Assembly (NCBI RefSeq): GCF_009914755.1
Contig: NC_060938.1
Length of the DNA stretch: 64,000 bases
Direction: 5' to 3' (one strand)
From: the human T2T-CHM13v2.0 reference genome, Homo sapiens
Shown here: piece after piece, positions 25,150 to 38,084 of the stretch
How the letters are laid out: each line of letters opens with the position of its first letter
Numbering within the stretch: the first letter of the stretch is position 1
Notes under the pieces: generated by a model
What the model was told of the DNA's origin: nothing
The model's input: only the letters and a program-made list of their open reading frames with translations
The model's database searches: none
Program-made: the position numbers and the translations under genes

Positions 25150-25370
25150 GAGAGTGAAGTGTAAGAAACAAAAAAAGACCCATCCCTGGATCAAATCCTG
25201 GTTCTATCATTTCTTTCAACTATGGCCAAAGTAGTGGTCAATTCAGTTTCTTCATTTGTAAAGTTAAGATAATAATTATACTTGCTTCATAAGGTTGTAA
25301 CATATTAGAAGATATTATTGTAAAAATTACGTAGCCTAGTGCCTAGACAAGGCAAGTGCTCAATAACTAA
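25150..25370 (+). mobile_element. MIR
   Basis: 'ctggatcaaatcctggttct...cagtttcttcatttgtaaa...ataattatacttgcttcataaggttgt'. Confidence 0.65.
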
Positions 25371-25759
25371 GGTACATATTTTTCCAGTCATTATGATATT
25401 TTCTGTAGACAAAATGATTTGTGACTTAGGGATATAATATTCAAGAAACAGGAAGAAAAAACTCTATGGAGTCAGATATGAGACAGCAAACAAGTTTGGC
25501 CTGAAAAGAGGGAAGATAAAGCTAGCTATAGACCATTAGACATGGAAGAGAGCAAACAAGTTGAACCTAGGAAAATGCTCTTAAGTATCCAAAACTTGGA
25601 AAAAATCGGCAGCACCATTTTGGAAGGCCACAGGAGAGGCCACATATTTTAAGAAATGAGATGTGTTTGACTTTAGATAATGATGTAATGGGGTGTTTAA
25701 AAAGTGAAGTGAAGATACAGTAGAGTTTAGAAAATTGCCATTTCAAAAGGATCAAGGGA

Positions 25760-25980
25760 GCAGTGTTTAAAATTTGGCAATGCAGCAGTCAGAATAGTGT
25801 CCAGTTCTTAGCTTTGCCAATTACTAAATGTACAACCATGGATAAGTTACTTAAATTCTCTAAGACATAATTTTCTCACCTGTACAAATGGCAACGATAT
25901 AATAATATATAAGTTTGTTGGGAAGAGTCAATGAAATAAAAAGTAAAACTTGTTGGTACTGAACTAGTACTCAACAAATA
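25760..25980 (+). mobile_element. MIR
   Basis: 'aagttacttaaattctctaagacataattttctcacctgtacaaatgg' core. Confidence 0.65.
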
Positions 25981-26911
25981 GCCACCATGATAATATTATA
26001 ATTTTAATAATTATATATTACTCTTATTATCAGTTGCTATTTTCAGTATATTAAGTTTGAGAAGGATAGAATTAGTAGGTTATTACATAAGGAATATGAG
26101 GCTCAGAAACATATAAATCAGAGAGTTTATATATGACCTCAGGGACTTATCTGATTGTGTAAATGACAAAGAGATAAAACAGAGTTCAAATATTAGCTTG
26201 AGAGTTTCAAATAAAACACTGGTTACTTAAAAAAAAATCCTAAAAGTTGATCATAAATATAAATGTAAACCCTAAGACTATGAAAACTTCTAGAAGAAAA
26301 CGGGATAGAAAATCTTGGAAACATACGATAGGCAAAAAGTTTCTTAAAACTCAAAAAGCATGAAACACAAAATACAAAAATTATTGCTCTGTGTTACCTA
26401 CCCGAATGAGTTGAAAACTTTGATTCCCACAAAAACCTGAATACGAATATTCACAGATTTATTTATAATTGCCAATCTTAGAATCAACCAAGATGTTCTT
26501 CAGTGGGTGAATGAGTAAACTATAAGACATCCAGAAAATAGAATATTATTCAGTAGTAAAGAGAAATAAGCGATCAAGCTATGAAAAGCAAAATGAGCCA
26601 ATTTAACAAGCTTACATACTATATAGTTCCAACTATGTGATATTCTGGAAAAGGCAAAACTATGGAGACAGAAAAAAGGTGGAATGGAGAGCGATGACTA
26701 GGCAATGCACAGAAGATTTACTCTGTGCAGTAAAAATATTCTGTATGACATTATGATAGTAAACACATGTGACTGGGCATTTGTTCAAACCTACAGAAGG
26801 TACAACACCAAGAGTAAACCCTAATGTAAACTATGGACTTTGTGTGATTATGATGTAGATGTACATTCATCAATTGTAATAAATGTACCACTCTGGTTGG
26901 GGAAGTAAGTA

Positions 26912-26912
<1 letters not shown>

Positions 26913-26956
<44 letters not shown>

Positions 26957-27050
26957 GTGTATTTCATATATATATTATATATACACTATATATATACATA
27001 TATACCCTATATATAGTGTATTTCTATATCTATATAGCTATATATATATA
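26913..27050. repeat. (TG)n followed by (TA)n-rich microsatellite
   Basis: About 20 TG units, then a TA-rich tract with three copies of tata(g/a)tgtatttc. Confidence 0.95.
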
Positions 27051-27051
27051 A

Positions 27052-27285
27052 TGTATTTCAAAGAGAAAATTCTTAGTTATGGTAAAGTCCAAAATATGAA
27101 TTTTAAAGACATTACTCTTTAAGAGCAGTTTTAGGTTCACGGCAAAATTGAGAGAAAGTTACAGAGATTTCCTATATATTCCCTTCTCAATTTTGCTGTG
27201 AACCTAAAACTGCTCTTAAAGAGTAATGTCTTGAAAATTCTATATTGGACTTTATCAAAACTAAGAATTTTCTCTTTGAAATACA
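27052..27285. repeat. Long inverted duplication, ~102-bp arms (~94% identity), 31-bp spacer
   Basis: 27052-27153 versus reverse complement of 27185-27285: 5 substitutions and 1 indel. Confidence 0.95.
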
Positions 27286-28152
27286 CTATTAAGAAAATGA
27301 AAAGGCAGGTCACATATTAGAAGAAAACATCTCACATATATAAATGAACTTTTATTCATAATATGTAAAAACTCTTACAACTCATAATAAGACAAACATA
27401 TAATAAAACATAGGTAAAATATTTGAAGAGTCACTTCACAAAAGAAGATATATGAATTACCAAAAGTATATGAAAAGATTTTCAACAACATTTGTAATCA
27501 AGGAAATGTGAGATAAAATCATAATGAGACACTACTTCTTTAGAATGACTAAAATAAAACAACACCATTCCAGGTGTTGGTAAAGATATGGAGGAAATAA
27601 AACTGGAATTGGTAGGACTGTAAAATGGTACAATCAGTTTGAAAGAGAGTTTGGCAGTTTCTTAGGAAAATAAATATAAACCTACCATACAATCTATTCT
27701 GCTTCTAGAAAACAGAATAGAAGCAGAAAAGAAACAATAACATATGTCCACACAAAGACTGTATTTGCATGTTCACAGATGCTTTACTTTTAAGAACCCC
27801 AAACTGGAAACAACCCATATGTCCACCAGCAAGTGAATGGGCAAGCAAACTTTGGTATATCCATAAAATGGAATAATACTTTTCAATAGAAAAGTATAAA
27901 CTACTCATATATTTAACAACATGGATGAAAGTTGAAATTATTATTATTAAGTGATACAAACTAGAGCAAAAATTAAAATGTACTGTGTCATCCCATTTAT
28001 ATAAAATTCTACAAAATGTAAACCAATTTATAGCCACAGAAAACAAATCACCATTTGTCCTGGAACTGGTGTGGAAAAAGACAGGTCAGGAGTGCTTACA
28101 AATGAGGGTATGAAAACCTTTGGTGCTGATTGCAGTAATGGTTTTATGAGTT

Positions 28153-28509
28153 TGTATTAGTCCATTGTCACACTGCTATAAAGAACACTACCTGAGGCTG
28201 GGTAATTTATAAAGGAAAGAAGTTTAATTGACTCATAGTTCTGCATTACTGGGGAGGCCTCAGAAAACTTACAGTCATGGTGGAAGGTGAAAGGGGAAGC
28301 AGGCACCTTCTTCACAAGGCAACAGGAGAAAGTGAGTGCAAGCAGAGAAAATGCCAGAAGCTTATAAAACCATCAGATCTCACTATCAGGAGAATAGCAT
28401 GGGGGAAACCACCCCCATAATCCAATCACTTCTCCCCTTTGACAGGTAGGGATTACAATTCAAGATGAGAGATGAGATTTGTGTGGGGACATAGAACCAA
28501 ACCATATCA
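28153..28509 (-). mobile_element. THE1D/MSTA-type MaLR solo LTR
   Basis: tgtattagtcc...aaaccatatca. 'aaatgccagaagcttataaaaccatcagatct'. TSD gagtt/gagtg. Confidence 0.85.
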
Positions 28510-30944
28510 GAGTGTATAAGTATGTCAAAACTCAACAAATTATGGCCCTTAAGTATGTGTAGTTTATTGCATTTCAGTTATACCCCAGTAAAGTTTAAAA
28601 TAAACTTTAGAATTAAAATAATGCAGTGAGAGTCCACTGGACACTCAGTGATACTGGTATCATTGACCTGTTCAGTAAGAGCTGAGTTTGACGTGTGCAA
28701 AACCTCCAAGACAAATTGATGTTCAGATACCTTGAATTGTCAGTAGTCTATTCTCTAGTTGCTTTTGTGTGCAGTCTTCATATTCTGAATTTTTTAAAAG
28801 AAGATGTTTAGTTGTTTTGTAATCAGAAAAAACATGTCTTCAAGACATAGAAGTTTTCAGTTGTTGCCCCTTTTAGAATACATCATCTACCTTTTTAGAA
28901 ATTGCTAGAAGAAAAGTATTTCTTATATATTTTGAAAGGAATAAGACTAAAATATTTATGAGAGGACTTTCCCATAAAAGTCCTCACCCATCTTAGAAAA
29001 TTGCTTGATTTTCCTTCCTCCCACCACAGAAAATGGGTAGAAAAGTGTAATTTATAGTTTCTTCTTTCATAATAATATTGTATACTCCTCATAATTTATG
29101 TTCAAATAAATAACACAAGATTTTTTAAGTGTTTTCCTAAATTTTTGATTGAGTTTGTAAAAATATCTGCCTATACAATAGTAATAACTAGGAACTTACC
29201 TTAAGAAGAAACTTTCCGTGCCATTCATTGAGAAGTCTACGTGAATGTTGGTAGATTCCTGGAGAGCAGTGGCATGCAGGAAAATGTTTGTGAGCAGCCA
29301 GGAAACTAACTGAAGAACAGTGGAAATCAGCTATAGCCACTGAGAATATGAAATCCAACATAAAAAAGTAAAAAAAAAAAAAAAAGATATCTCAGCAAAA
29401 ACAAACTCTACTAACCGGCATTTGCTGACATTTTCTTAGATAAATACTGTGAAGTATTAATCAGTATGTACTTGGTTGGATTTGGGCTGATTAGAAGCTT
29501 TCCTATTGTTTATTTGAAGTCTTATAATCTAGGTTTTTAGTGAGAACAGGTTATAAGGTATTTCTCTATAATTTTAAATATGAGTGGCATTGTTTTTGCA
29601 TCAGAAAATGGCATCTTGCAGTGGTTAAGAATTTTTTAAAATATTTGCAGGTCTTATTTAACACACACACGTTTTAGCCTCAGTCAGAACTCTTTAATCA
29701 AGTATTTTTGGGGCTATTAAGGTTTTAAACATAGTAACTAATACATACATTTAAAGAAAAATAACCACATCATTTGATAAAAGCTATCCCCTGGTTAACA
29801 AAAACTCACCATATGAAATGTCTCCATATTTTTCACTTTAAACTACCTGAAGCTTGACAATAAAACTTTTTTTTAAGATTTCATCAATAAGTAAAGTTCT
29901 TGTGACTAGGCTAAAAAGTGAAACATATTTTCTGTCCGTGGCTAATTGATTGAAGTGAATAATATCCCTAGTCTGTAGGTGCTTTGTTTCTTCCAATAGA
30001 ACATTGTACATACAACTTACAGAGCTTCAGGATAATTCACAACCACATTCACAACAATTCGCAACATTCACAATGTCCATGAAACCATTTTAGTTTTTAT
30101 TTGTCTAGAAAGGGTCTTACTATATATTAGCGGATATGTGCTATTAATAGATGTCATTGGAACTATGTAGAGTCCTGTATTTGGGCATGTGTATCAATCA
30201 AGGAAGCAGAAATCATTCACTTTAAAGTCTTAGAAATAGAGGATTTTTAATGAAGGTAAATGATTACACTGAAGATGGAAGAGCCAAGGGACCAAACAAA
30301 CCCAAAATTATGAATAATAGGAGGTACTACTCTTGCTAGTCCTGTAGGGACAAAAAGCAGATTTTGCTATCAGAGTTGAAAAATCGGAGCCATTTGGCAG
30401 AGTTGAGGCCCAGGAAGAGATGCTAGGTGCCACAGCAAATGGTGGGATACCTAAGTTGCTCCCCTACTCTTACCCCTCCCAATTTCCACTGGCGCTTCCT
30501 GCTGGTGAACTTCCCACAAATCCAGAAGGCAGTTTCCTGTTAGCAGTGTAGGGCATTGGTAGAGAACAAATCTGAAAGCAAAACAGGTAGTCTATTTAGC
30601 CAGCATGCACATGAGAAATGAAGTTAGTACACATAGATGAGGAGAAAAAAAGTAATAAGAATCATAGCATTTGGCTTATATAAATCATATTATGGTATGA
30701 ATTCTCTTAAGTGCTACAGAAGCATCACAAGCATTGGAAGGGATCAGTGAAGAACAAATTACAATATATACTGCCTCTTTTCTCTGTAACAGGGGTGGCA
30801 TTAGAAATTAAGCATTACACAACTGCTGGGGTTGGATACCAAATAATCACAATCAGCCTGGGAAAAAAATAAGATTTCTCAATGAGAAATTGTTATTATA
30901 ACTAATTCTGATAAAATTTGAGATAAGTTGGCCTTATAAAGGCC

Positions 30945-31243
30945 TTGGCTCCCATTTTTGCAGGCTGTACAAGAAGGTATGGTGTAAGCGTCTGTTTCTC
31001 GGGCTTCAGAAAGCTTCCACTTATGGCATAAGGTGAAAGAGAGTAGGGATCATATGGCAATAGAGGAAGAGCATGTGGAGAGAGGTGTCAGGCACTTTAT
31101 AAGAATCAGTTCTCCTGGGAACTAATAAAGTGAGAACGTACTCTGCCTCCATGAGCCAAACACCTCCCATTAGGCCCCACCTCTAATATTTAGGATCAAA
31201 ATTTAACATGAGATTTGGAGGGGACAAATGTCCAAACTATATC
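30945..31243 (-). mobile_element. MSTB-type LTR (partial)
   Basis: 'gcaggctgtacaagaag...aaacacctcccattaggccccacctc...gagatttggaggggacaaatgtccaaactatatca'. Confidence 0.8.
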
Positions 31244-32012
31244 ACTTACCAAACTTAAAATATGTGCTGAAATTAAAGAGACAAATTAATTTTCTACTAA
31301 AAATATCTAGAAAATTATTTAATATTTCATGATTCTTTAGCTAGAAATTAACATGATTCATTTTTATTATGTACTTTTTCATATTCTCTTAAAGTGCATC
31401 CTGAAAAAAGTGATGAACCTTGTTCAAAATAGTGATATATTTAAAATTTCTTTCAGTAAATTAGGGACCACTTAATTTTGGCCAAGGTTTATAAATTGCT
31501 TTGAAATAAAACTACACTTTTCAGGCATAGTGTCTTGGGAAGATTCACAGTTCACAAAATAAATTTCTATTCTCTTCTATTAACTATCTCTAGAAAAGCA
31601 ATATTTTCACTATGGAATAAGTAAACTGACACATCATTCACCTAGTAATATTATATTAAGGAATATTTTAATGTATTCAGAAAGTTTTTTTTATTTAAAA
31701 TTGATTAGTTTTATTTTAGGATGTCATCTCTGAAAAGCAAAGAGTTGCATTTATTTGCCTATGGATAAAACAATCCAATCATCAGCTCTTTCAATTATAG
31801 GCTAACAAACATGAAGCTATTTGGAGAAAATACTTTCAAAATTTTTCTTCTTGGGTCTAAATAATTGGGGTTGTTTTATTACAATGTAGGTTTAATCTTC
31901 CCTTCCACAGATGATTGGCTTGGTCTTCCACTTTTTGCCTGAATGTTTCAGCCCCATCTCTATTCAGCATGTGTTCCAGAAAATGGAGGAAGTTAGTTTT
32001 TCTATATAAGTT

Positions 32013-32107
32013 AAGGCTTGCAAATTAGCGGCCCACAGTTGTGCTGTTTGGCCCACACACAGTGCAGAGGAAAAAATCTTTGATTCAAAGCTAGAAACTT
32101 GGGAATT

Positions 32108-32161
<54 letters not shown>

Positions 32162-32391
32162 ATTGCCTGCTAATTTTGAAAAGTCAGACTTGGTTATCCT
32201 GTGCCCATATTCCTCGTGTCAACAATTCACTGCTTCTTTGGATTTTATACCGGGTATGCTTTTTCCAGTTCACCAAATTCACTATCACTTTATCGTTGGG
32301 TTAGCTCATTCAATGAAATGGGTCAGATATAAGGAGACATTTATATTACCTGCATGCATGATACCCGTATGCATCTGAATTTGCCATCCAT
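32013..32391 (+). mobile_element. MER102-like hAT element containing a (CA)n microsatellite (32117-32154)
   Basis: 'gcaaattagcggcccacag...tttggcccacacacagtg...tgaaaagtcagacttgg...gcatctgaatttgccatccatg'. Confidence 0.5.
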
Positions 32392-32477
32392 GCCATGAGG
32401 CAAGATTAGATTATGACTCCAATGTCCTCCAAGCTGATTTTAGGATTCTATTATTTTATAAAAATGGAGTTCTTAAT

Positions 32478-34372
32478 ATTTTTTTTTGTAACTTTCATTT
32501 TAAGTTCAAGGGTACATGTACGGGTTTGTTACTTGAGTAAACTTGTGTCATGGGAGTTTGTTGTACAGATTATTTCATCACCTAGGTATTAAGCATAGTA
32601 CCCATTAGTTATTTTTCCTAATCCTCTCCCTCCTCCTACTCTCCACCCTTCAATAGGCTCCAGTGTGTGTTGTTCCCCTCTATGTGTCCAGTGTTTCATC
32701 ATTTAGCTCCCACTTATAAGTGAGAAAATGCAGTATTTGGTTTTCTGTTCCTACATTAGTTTGCTAAAGATAATGGCCGCCAGCCCCATCCATTTTCCTG
32801 CAAAGGAATTTTTTGTTCTTTTTTATGGCTGCATAGTGCTCCATGGTGTATATGTACCACACTTTCTTTATCTGGTTTATCATTGATGGGCATTTGGGTT
32901 GATTCTATGTCTTTGCTATTGTGAATAGTGCTGCATTGAATATATGCGTGCTTGTGTCTTTATAATAGAACAATTTATATTCCTCTGGGTATATACCAAG
33001 TAATGGGATTGCTGGTTCAAATGGTATTTCTGTCTTTAGGTCTTTGAGGAATCACCACACTATCTTCCACAATTATTGAATAATTAACACTCCCACCAAC
33101 AGTGTATAAGTGTTCCTTTTTCTCCACAACCTCACCAACATCTGTTATTTTTGGACATTTTAATAATAGCCATTCTGACTGGTATGAAATGGTATTTCAT
33201 TGTGGTTTTTATTTGCATTTCTCCGATGACCAGTGATGTTGAGCATTTTTTCATATGATTGTTGGCCACATGTATGCCTTCTTTAGAAAAGTGTCTTATC
33301 TGTGTTCTTTGCCCAGTTTTTAATTAGTTTTTTTTCATGTAAATTTGTTTAAATTCCTTATAGATGCTGGATGTTAGAGCTTTGTCAGATGCATAGTTTG
33401 CAAAAATCTTCTCCCATTCTATAGGTTGTCTGCTTGTTGACAGTTTCTTTTGCTGTGCAGAAGCTCTTTAGTTTAATTAGATCCCATTTGTCCATTTTTG
33501 CTTTGGTTGTGATTGCTTTTGGTGTCTTTCTCATGAAATCTTTGCCCATGCCTATGCCCTGAATGGTATTTCCCAGGGTGTCTTCCAGGGTTTTTATAAT
33601 TTTGGGTATTATATTTAAGTATTTAATCTGCCTTGAGTTAATTTTTGTATATCATGTAAGAAGGGGGTCCAGTTGTAATCTTCTGCATATGGCTAGCATG
33701 ATATCCCAGCACATTTATTGAATAGGGAAGCCTTTCCTCATTGCTTGTTTTTGTCAAGTTTGTCAAAGATCAGATGGTTGTAGGTTTGTACTCTTAATTA
33801 TGTGTTCTCTATTCTGTTCCACTGGTCTATGTGGCTGCTTTTGTACCAGTGCTATGCTGTTTTGGTTATTGTAGGCCTGTAGCATAGTTTGAAGTCGAGC
33901 AGCATGATGCCTCCAGCTTTGTTCTTTTTGCTGAGGATTACTTTGGCTATTTGGGTTCTTTTTTGATTCCATATGAATTTTTAAATAGTTTTTTCTAGTT
34001 CTGTGAAAAAATCCCAATGGTAGTTCAATAGGAATAGCACTGAATTTATACATTGCTTCGGGCAGCATGGCCATTTTCACAATACTGATTCTTTCTATAT
34101 ATGAGCATGGAAAGTTTTTCCACTTGTTTGTGTCATCTCTGATTTCTTAAGAGTAGTCATTTGTAGTACTCCTTGCAGAGATCTTTCACCTCCCTAGTTA
34201 GCTGTATTCCTAGGTATCAAGTAGGATTTATCCCTGGGATGCAAGGTTGGCTCAACATAACACAAATCAATAAATGTGATTCATCACATAAACAGGACTA
34301 AAGACAAAAAACACATGATTATCTAAATGGATGCAGAAAAGGCTTTTGGTAAAATTCAACATCCATTCATGT
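32478..34372 (-). mobile_element. 5'-truncated, 5'-inverted older L1PA
   Basis: Poly-T, 3' UTR and ORF2 antisense to ~34216 (ORF 33763-34080 'KMAMLPEAMYKFSAIPIELP'), then a + strand ORF2 RT fragment 34217-34372. Confidence 0.9.
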
Positions 34373-34688
34373 TGGGGCCTTTGAAAGATAATTAGTTTTA
34401 GATGACATCATGAATATGGGGCCCTCATGATGGAATTAGTTCTCTTTTAAGAGTGCCAGAGCATTCTCTCTCCCTCTCTCTCTCTCCTCCCCTCTCTTTA
34501 CCATGTGAGAACCCAGCAAGAAGGAAGCCATCTTACTACTCAAGAAGATACCACTCACCAGAAGATCTCCATGCTGGTGCCTTTATCTTGGACTTCCAAC
34601 CTCCAGAAATGTTAGAAAGTAATTTTCTGTTATTTAAGCTACCCAGTCTATGGGATTGTGCTGTGGTAGCCTGAGATAACTAAGACAC
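34373..34688 (+). mobile_element. MLT1A-type LTR lacking its 5' end
   Basis: Starts abruptly at 'ggggcctttg...ggggccctcatgatggaattagt' and ends 'aactaagaca'. Confidence 0.8.
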
Positions 34689-35520
34689 CAAGTGAAAATG
34701 TCTTTCAAAAATGGATGTAAAATAAAGACATTCAGTTACACGAAAGTGGATATAATCTGTCACCATCAGACTCACACTACAAGAAATGCAAGAAATGCTA
34801 AACGAAATCCTTCAGAGAGATTGGATAAAAAGCAAGACCAGAGTATATGGATCCTTTGGGAAATTCACTTCCAACATAAAAAAACACAAAAATGATTAAA
34901 AGTAAAAAGATAATAAACAATATACTATGAAAACACTAAATAAAATGAATTTTCAATGGCTATATTATCTTCAAAGTAATTTTAAGAGCAAAGAACATTA
35001 CCAGAAATAAAGAAGTTTGTTTCATAATGATAAAGGGGTCACTTTAAGAGGCTATAACAATCCCAAACAATAATGCATCTCATTATGCATAAACCAAAAT
35101 CAGATGGCTCTGCAAGTAGAGATAATCAAATCCACAGTTTTAGATAGTAATTTTAACATTTTTCTCAATAACTGACAGAACAAATAAAAAATTAGTTAAG
35201 TATACCACTTCACCTAATTTACATTTATACAGCACTGCAGCCTAGGACAGCAAAATACACATTTCTACAGTATATATAGAATATTTACAGAGGTAGATAA
35301 GATTTGGGGGCATTTAAAAAAAGCCTCAATCACAACTACAAAAGGACAAAAGGAATATCTTGGGAGCGATGGATGTGGTTATTATCTTGATTGTGATTAT
35401 GGTAAAATGAGTATATATACATATATATATATATGTATATATATCTCAACATTTACCAAATGTTCATTTTATGTGTCGGTTATTTTTCATTTATATTTCA
35501 ATTTTATCTAAATATGGTTG
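34689..35520 (+). mobile_element. Old L1M fragments (ORF1 end / ORF2 endonuclease / 3' end)
   Basis: 'aaaataaagacattc...cacactacaagaaatgc', 'ttcataatgataaaggggtca', 'gatggatgtggttattatcttgattgtg'. Confidence 0.65.
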
Positions 35521-38084
35521 TTTTAAAAATATGATTTTTAACCAGTTTGTAATGATGTGAAAAAAACTCTTAGGAAAAATGGCAAAATCTAGTTGTTCCA
35601 CAAAGTGTTACATTACCTTTCATTGTTCTTATACTACTTACTCATAATTTATTGGACATTGTTTGCAGTATCATTACACAGGAAATATTCTAAAGTGTAA
35701 TGCAAACCAATTAAGAAAATACATAGTAATAATACTATTAAATTAAGGTAAATATGGACAACAACAACAAAGGACCAATATTGACTTGGGACACCATTCG
35801 CTGTTTCTCGTCTACTGTAATAGGTCATATTCTTCTTAAATAATGGTCAATAATTTTCCTCACTTCATCCTCCAGCCTTGATACTTGTCTCTTTTCCTTA
35901 CCTATGTGTCTTACTGGTGATCAAGAACCATAAATCTCAAAATAGGAACGTTCGTGAAACAGACATTCTCCTTTTTAAAATTTTTGATCCGTGATCTAGG
36001 CAAAGTGCCTATTACTGTTTACACAGATTATAATAGTTTAAATTGTCTTCAGGTTTCTACATTGCTTAGGGCATTTCACATCTCATATCATGTGTCTTTG
36101 CATTTTTAAACTTTGGTTCTCTATTGTCTTCCAATTTAAAGATACAATCTTCAGCTTGACATTCAAAGCCCTTCAAAATTATACAACTACCTATGACAAC
36201 CATATTCTATTCACATGTATTCAAAACTCCAGTAAAAGCAAAGTATTCACAATTTCCTACACATTTTAGTATTTTCCTACCTAGTATACTTTATTCATTC
36301 TTTCCCTTCATATCTCTTTCTGTTGAGAGTCTATGTCTCTGTTACCCATTTCATAATACTTTCATAATTCTCCCTATTAATAGTAGTATTTCCTTCTTAT
36401 GAATTGTCATGTGTTGGTCACGAATTTACTACAGACTATGCCTTGCATTAAAGTTCTTTTCAGTTGTTTTATATACCTCGTGTTACATCCTTTAGAGCAA
36501 GAGCAAGGACTCTGCTATGTTTATTTCTTTATTTACCAAACTATCAAGCACAAAGCAATGTACAACAGATTGCCAAAATTTTGTTAGGTTGATGTTAATG
36601 ATTGTCATTTCAGTGATGAATCATAAAATGTGTTACCCTCGAATTTTGCTCATGTTTCCTTTTATTTCATTATCTCTTTTGTGCAGTACTGTCTCATAGA
36701 TTTTGTAATCAGTATTTGGCTTAGATATCTGGTCCTACCCTTAGAAGATGTATGACATTAATTGGATATGGCCTAACCTCTTTTTACTTCTTTTTCCAGG
36801 ATATGCCTTCAAATAAATCCACTGAGAAATAGAAGAAAAAAATAAGGTCTAGAAATGTGGTTAGAGGCTAACCACATCATATGTTTGCCTATTAAGTATA
36901 GAGATTCTTGATGTATTTCTTAATATATAGATAATTGTGAGTATGAAAACCACAAAAGCTTATGACTTCATGCCAGGATTCAACCATACGGGTTAAGCTT
37001 CACACAATTTGCCGATTAGCTCCTGTTTAAATACTGGATGAGTTCATCACTGCATTTTTCAGAGGGAGTGAGTCATCTCAAAGATATACATAAATATTAC
37101 TTTTACTGTTGCTTATATTCTCCAGAAAATAGCTGAATCCTCCAGAAAAAAATACCTTTAGCAAACAACTGACTGTATCATTTACCATACAAAGTAGCTG
37201 TATGTAAACTATGTTTGGACTCTACAAGGGAAATATTCTCTTGTGTTAATTAGTATCCCAAAGACATTAGAAGAATTTTCAGGTGGAAGGGAGAAGTTGA
37301 TCAAAGAGTTTCATTCTTTCCTCATGAACTTCTTTGTTTACCTTATAATATCTACCACATAAGCCAAGGACATTGTATGGTTCTCCTTTAGGTTTTTGGT
37401 CCAGGTGTGAAAGCAAGCTCTTTAATATGTCTTTTCTTAGTATAATTAGAACTATATAAAATTTCAAAAGTTTGGAAAATTATATTGTTCTTTAAAATTG
37501 AGAAAAAAAAGCAAAAACAACCAAAAGCCTGAGAAAAAAATGGAGAAAAGATACAATAAAAAATTCACAGAAAAAGCTATAAAAATGGCTTTTAAACACC
37601 TGAAGATATCCAAAATTCAGTCATGAAAAAAGAAATTCAAATTAAAAGTACTCTACCATTTTTCTTAGAAAAGCAAAACTCAAAAGCAAGAAAACATAAT
37701 TTGTTGCTTAAGTTGTGAGGAAACAAGCACTCTATTGCATTGGACACCCAGAAAATTCAATGTGATAGAGTAGCTTGGGTTATCAACATCTAGTTTGCAT
37801 ATGTTTCACTAAAACATTTAAATACTTGTTACTTGCTTCTCATGAGACTTCATCACGGTAATGTTACCAATATGATGGACTGGCATAACATTATATGGAA
37901 TGTCTAAATTATTTGGTTTACTCTTCAACGTATCTTCTTTCTAGCCAACATTGAAAAAACATTGCCTATCCTTACCTTTTATTAAAATATAACTGGACTC
38001 CAAGATGGCTGTTTTCTTTAATATTGTCGTTATTCTTTTCTGGTCCTTCAGTGGTAGTTGCTTCATATAGTCACTACTTCCACC

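Larger units (their letters stand above)
26230..28600 (+). mobile_element. Old L1M 3' region with a nested L1MC-type 3' end (~26385-27235), microsatellites and a THE1 LTR
   Basis: 'aagagtaaaccctaatgtaaactatggacttt...ctcaattttgctgtgaacctaaaactgctct' (L1MC-type). The host L1 resumes at 'ttggactttatcaaaa...aagaaaatgaaaaggcag'. Confidence 0.8.

Noticed and set aside
30175-30600. Possible ancient ERVL-type LTR
   Set aside because: Only vague motif resemblance. I could not define ends or family.
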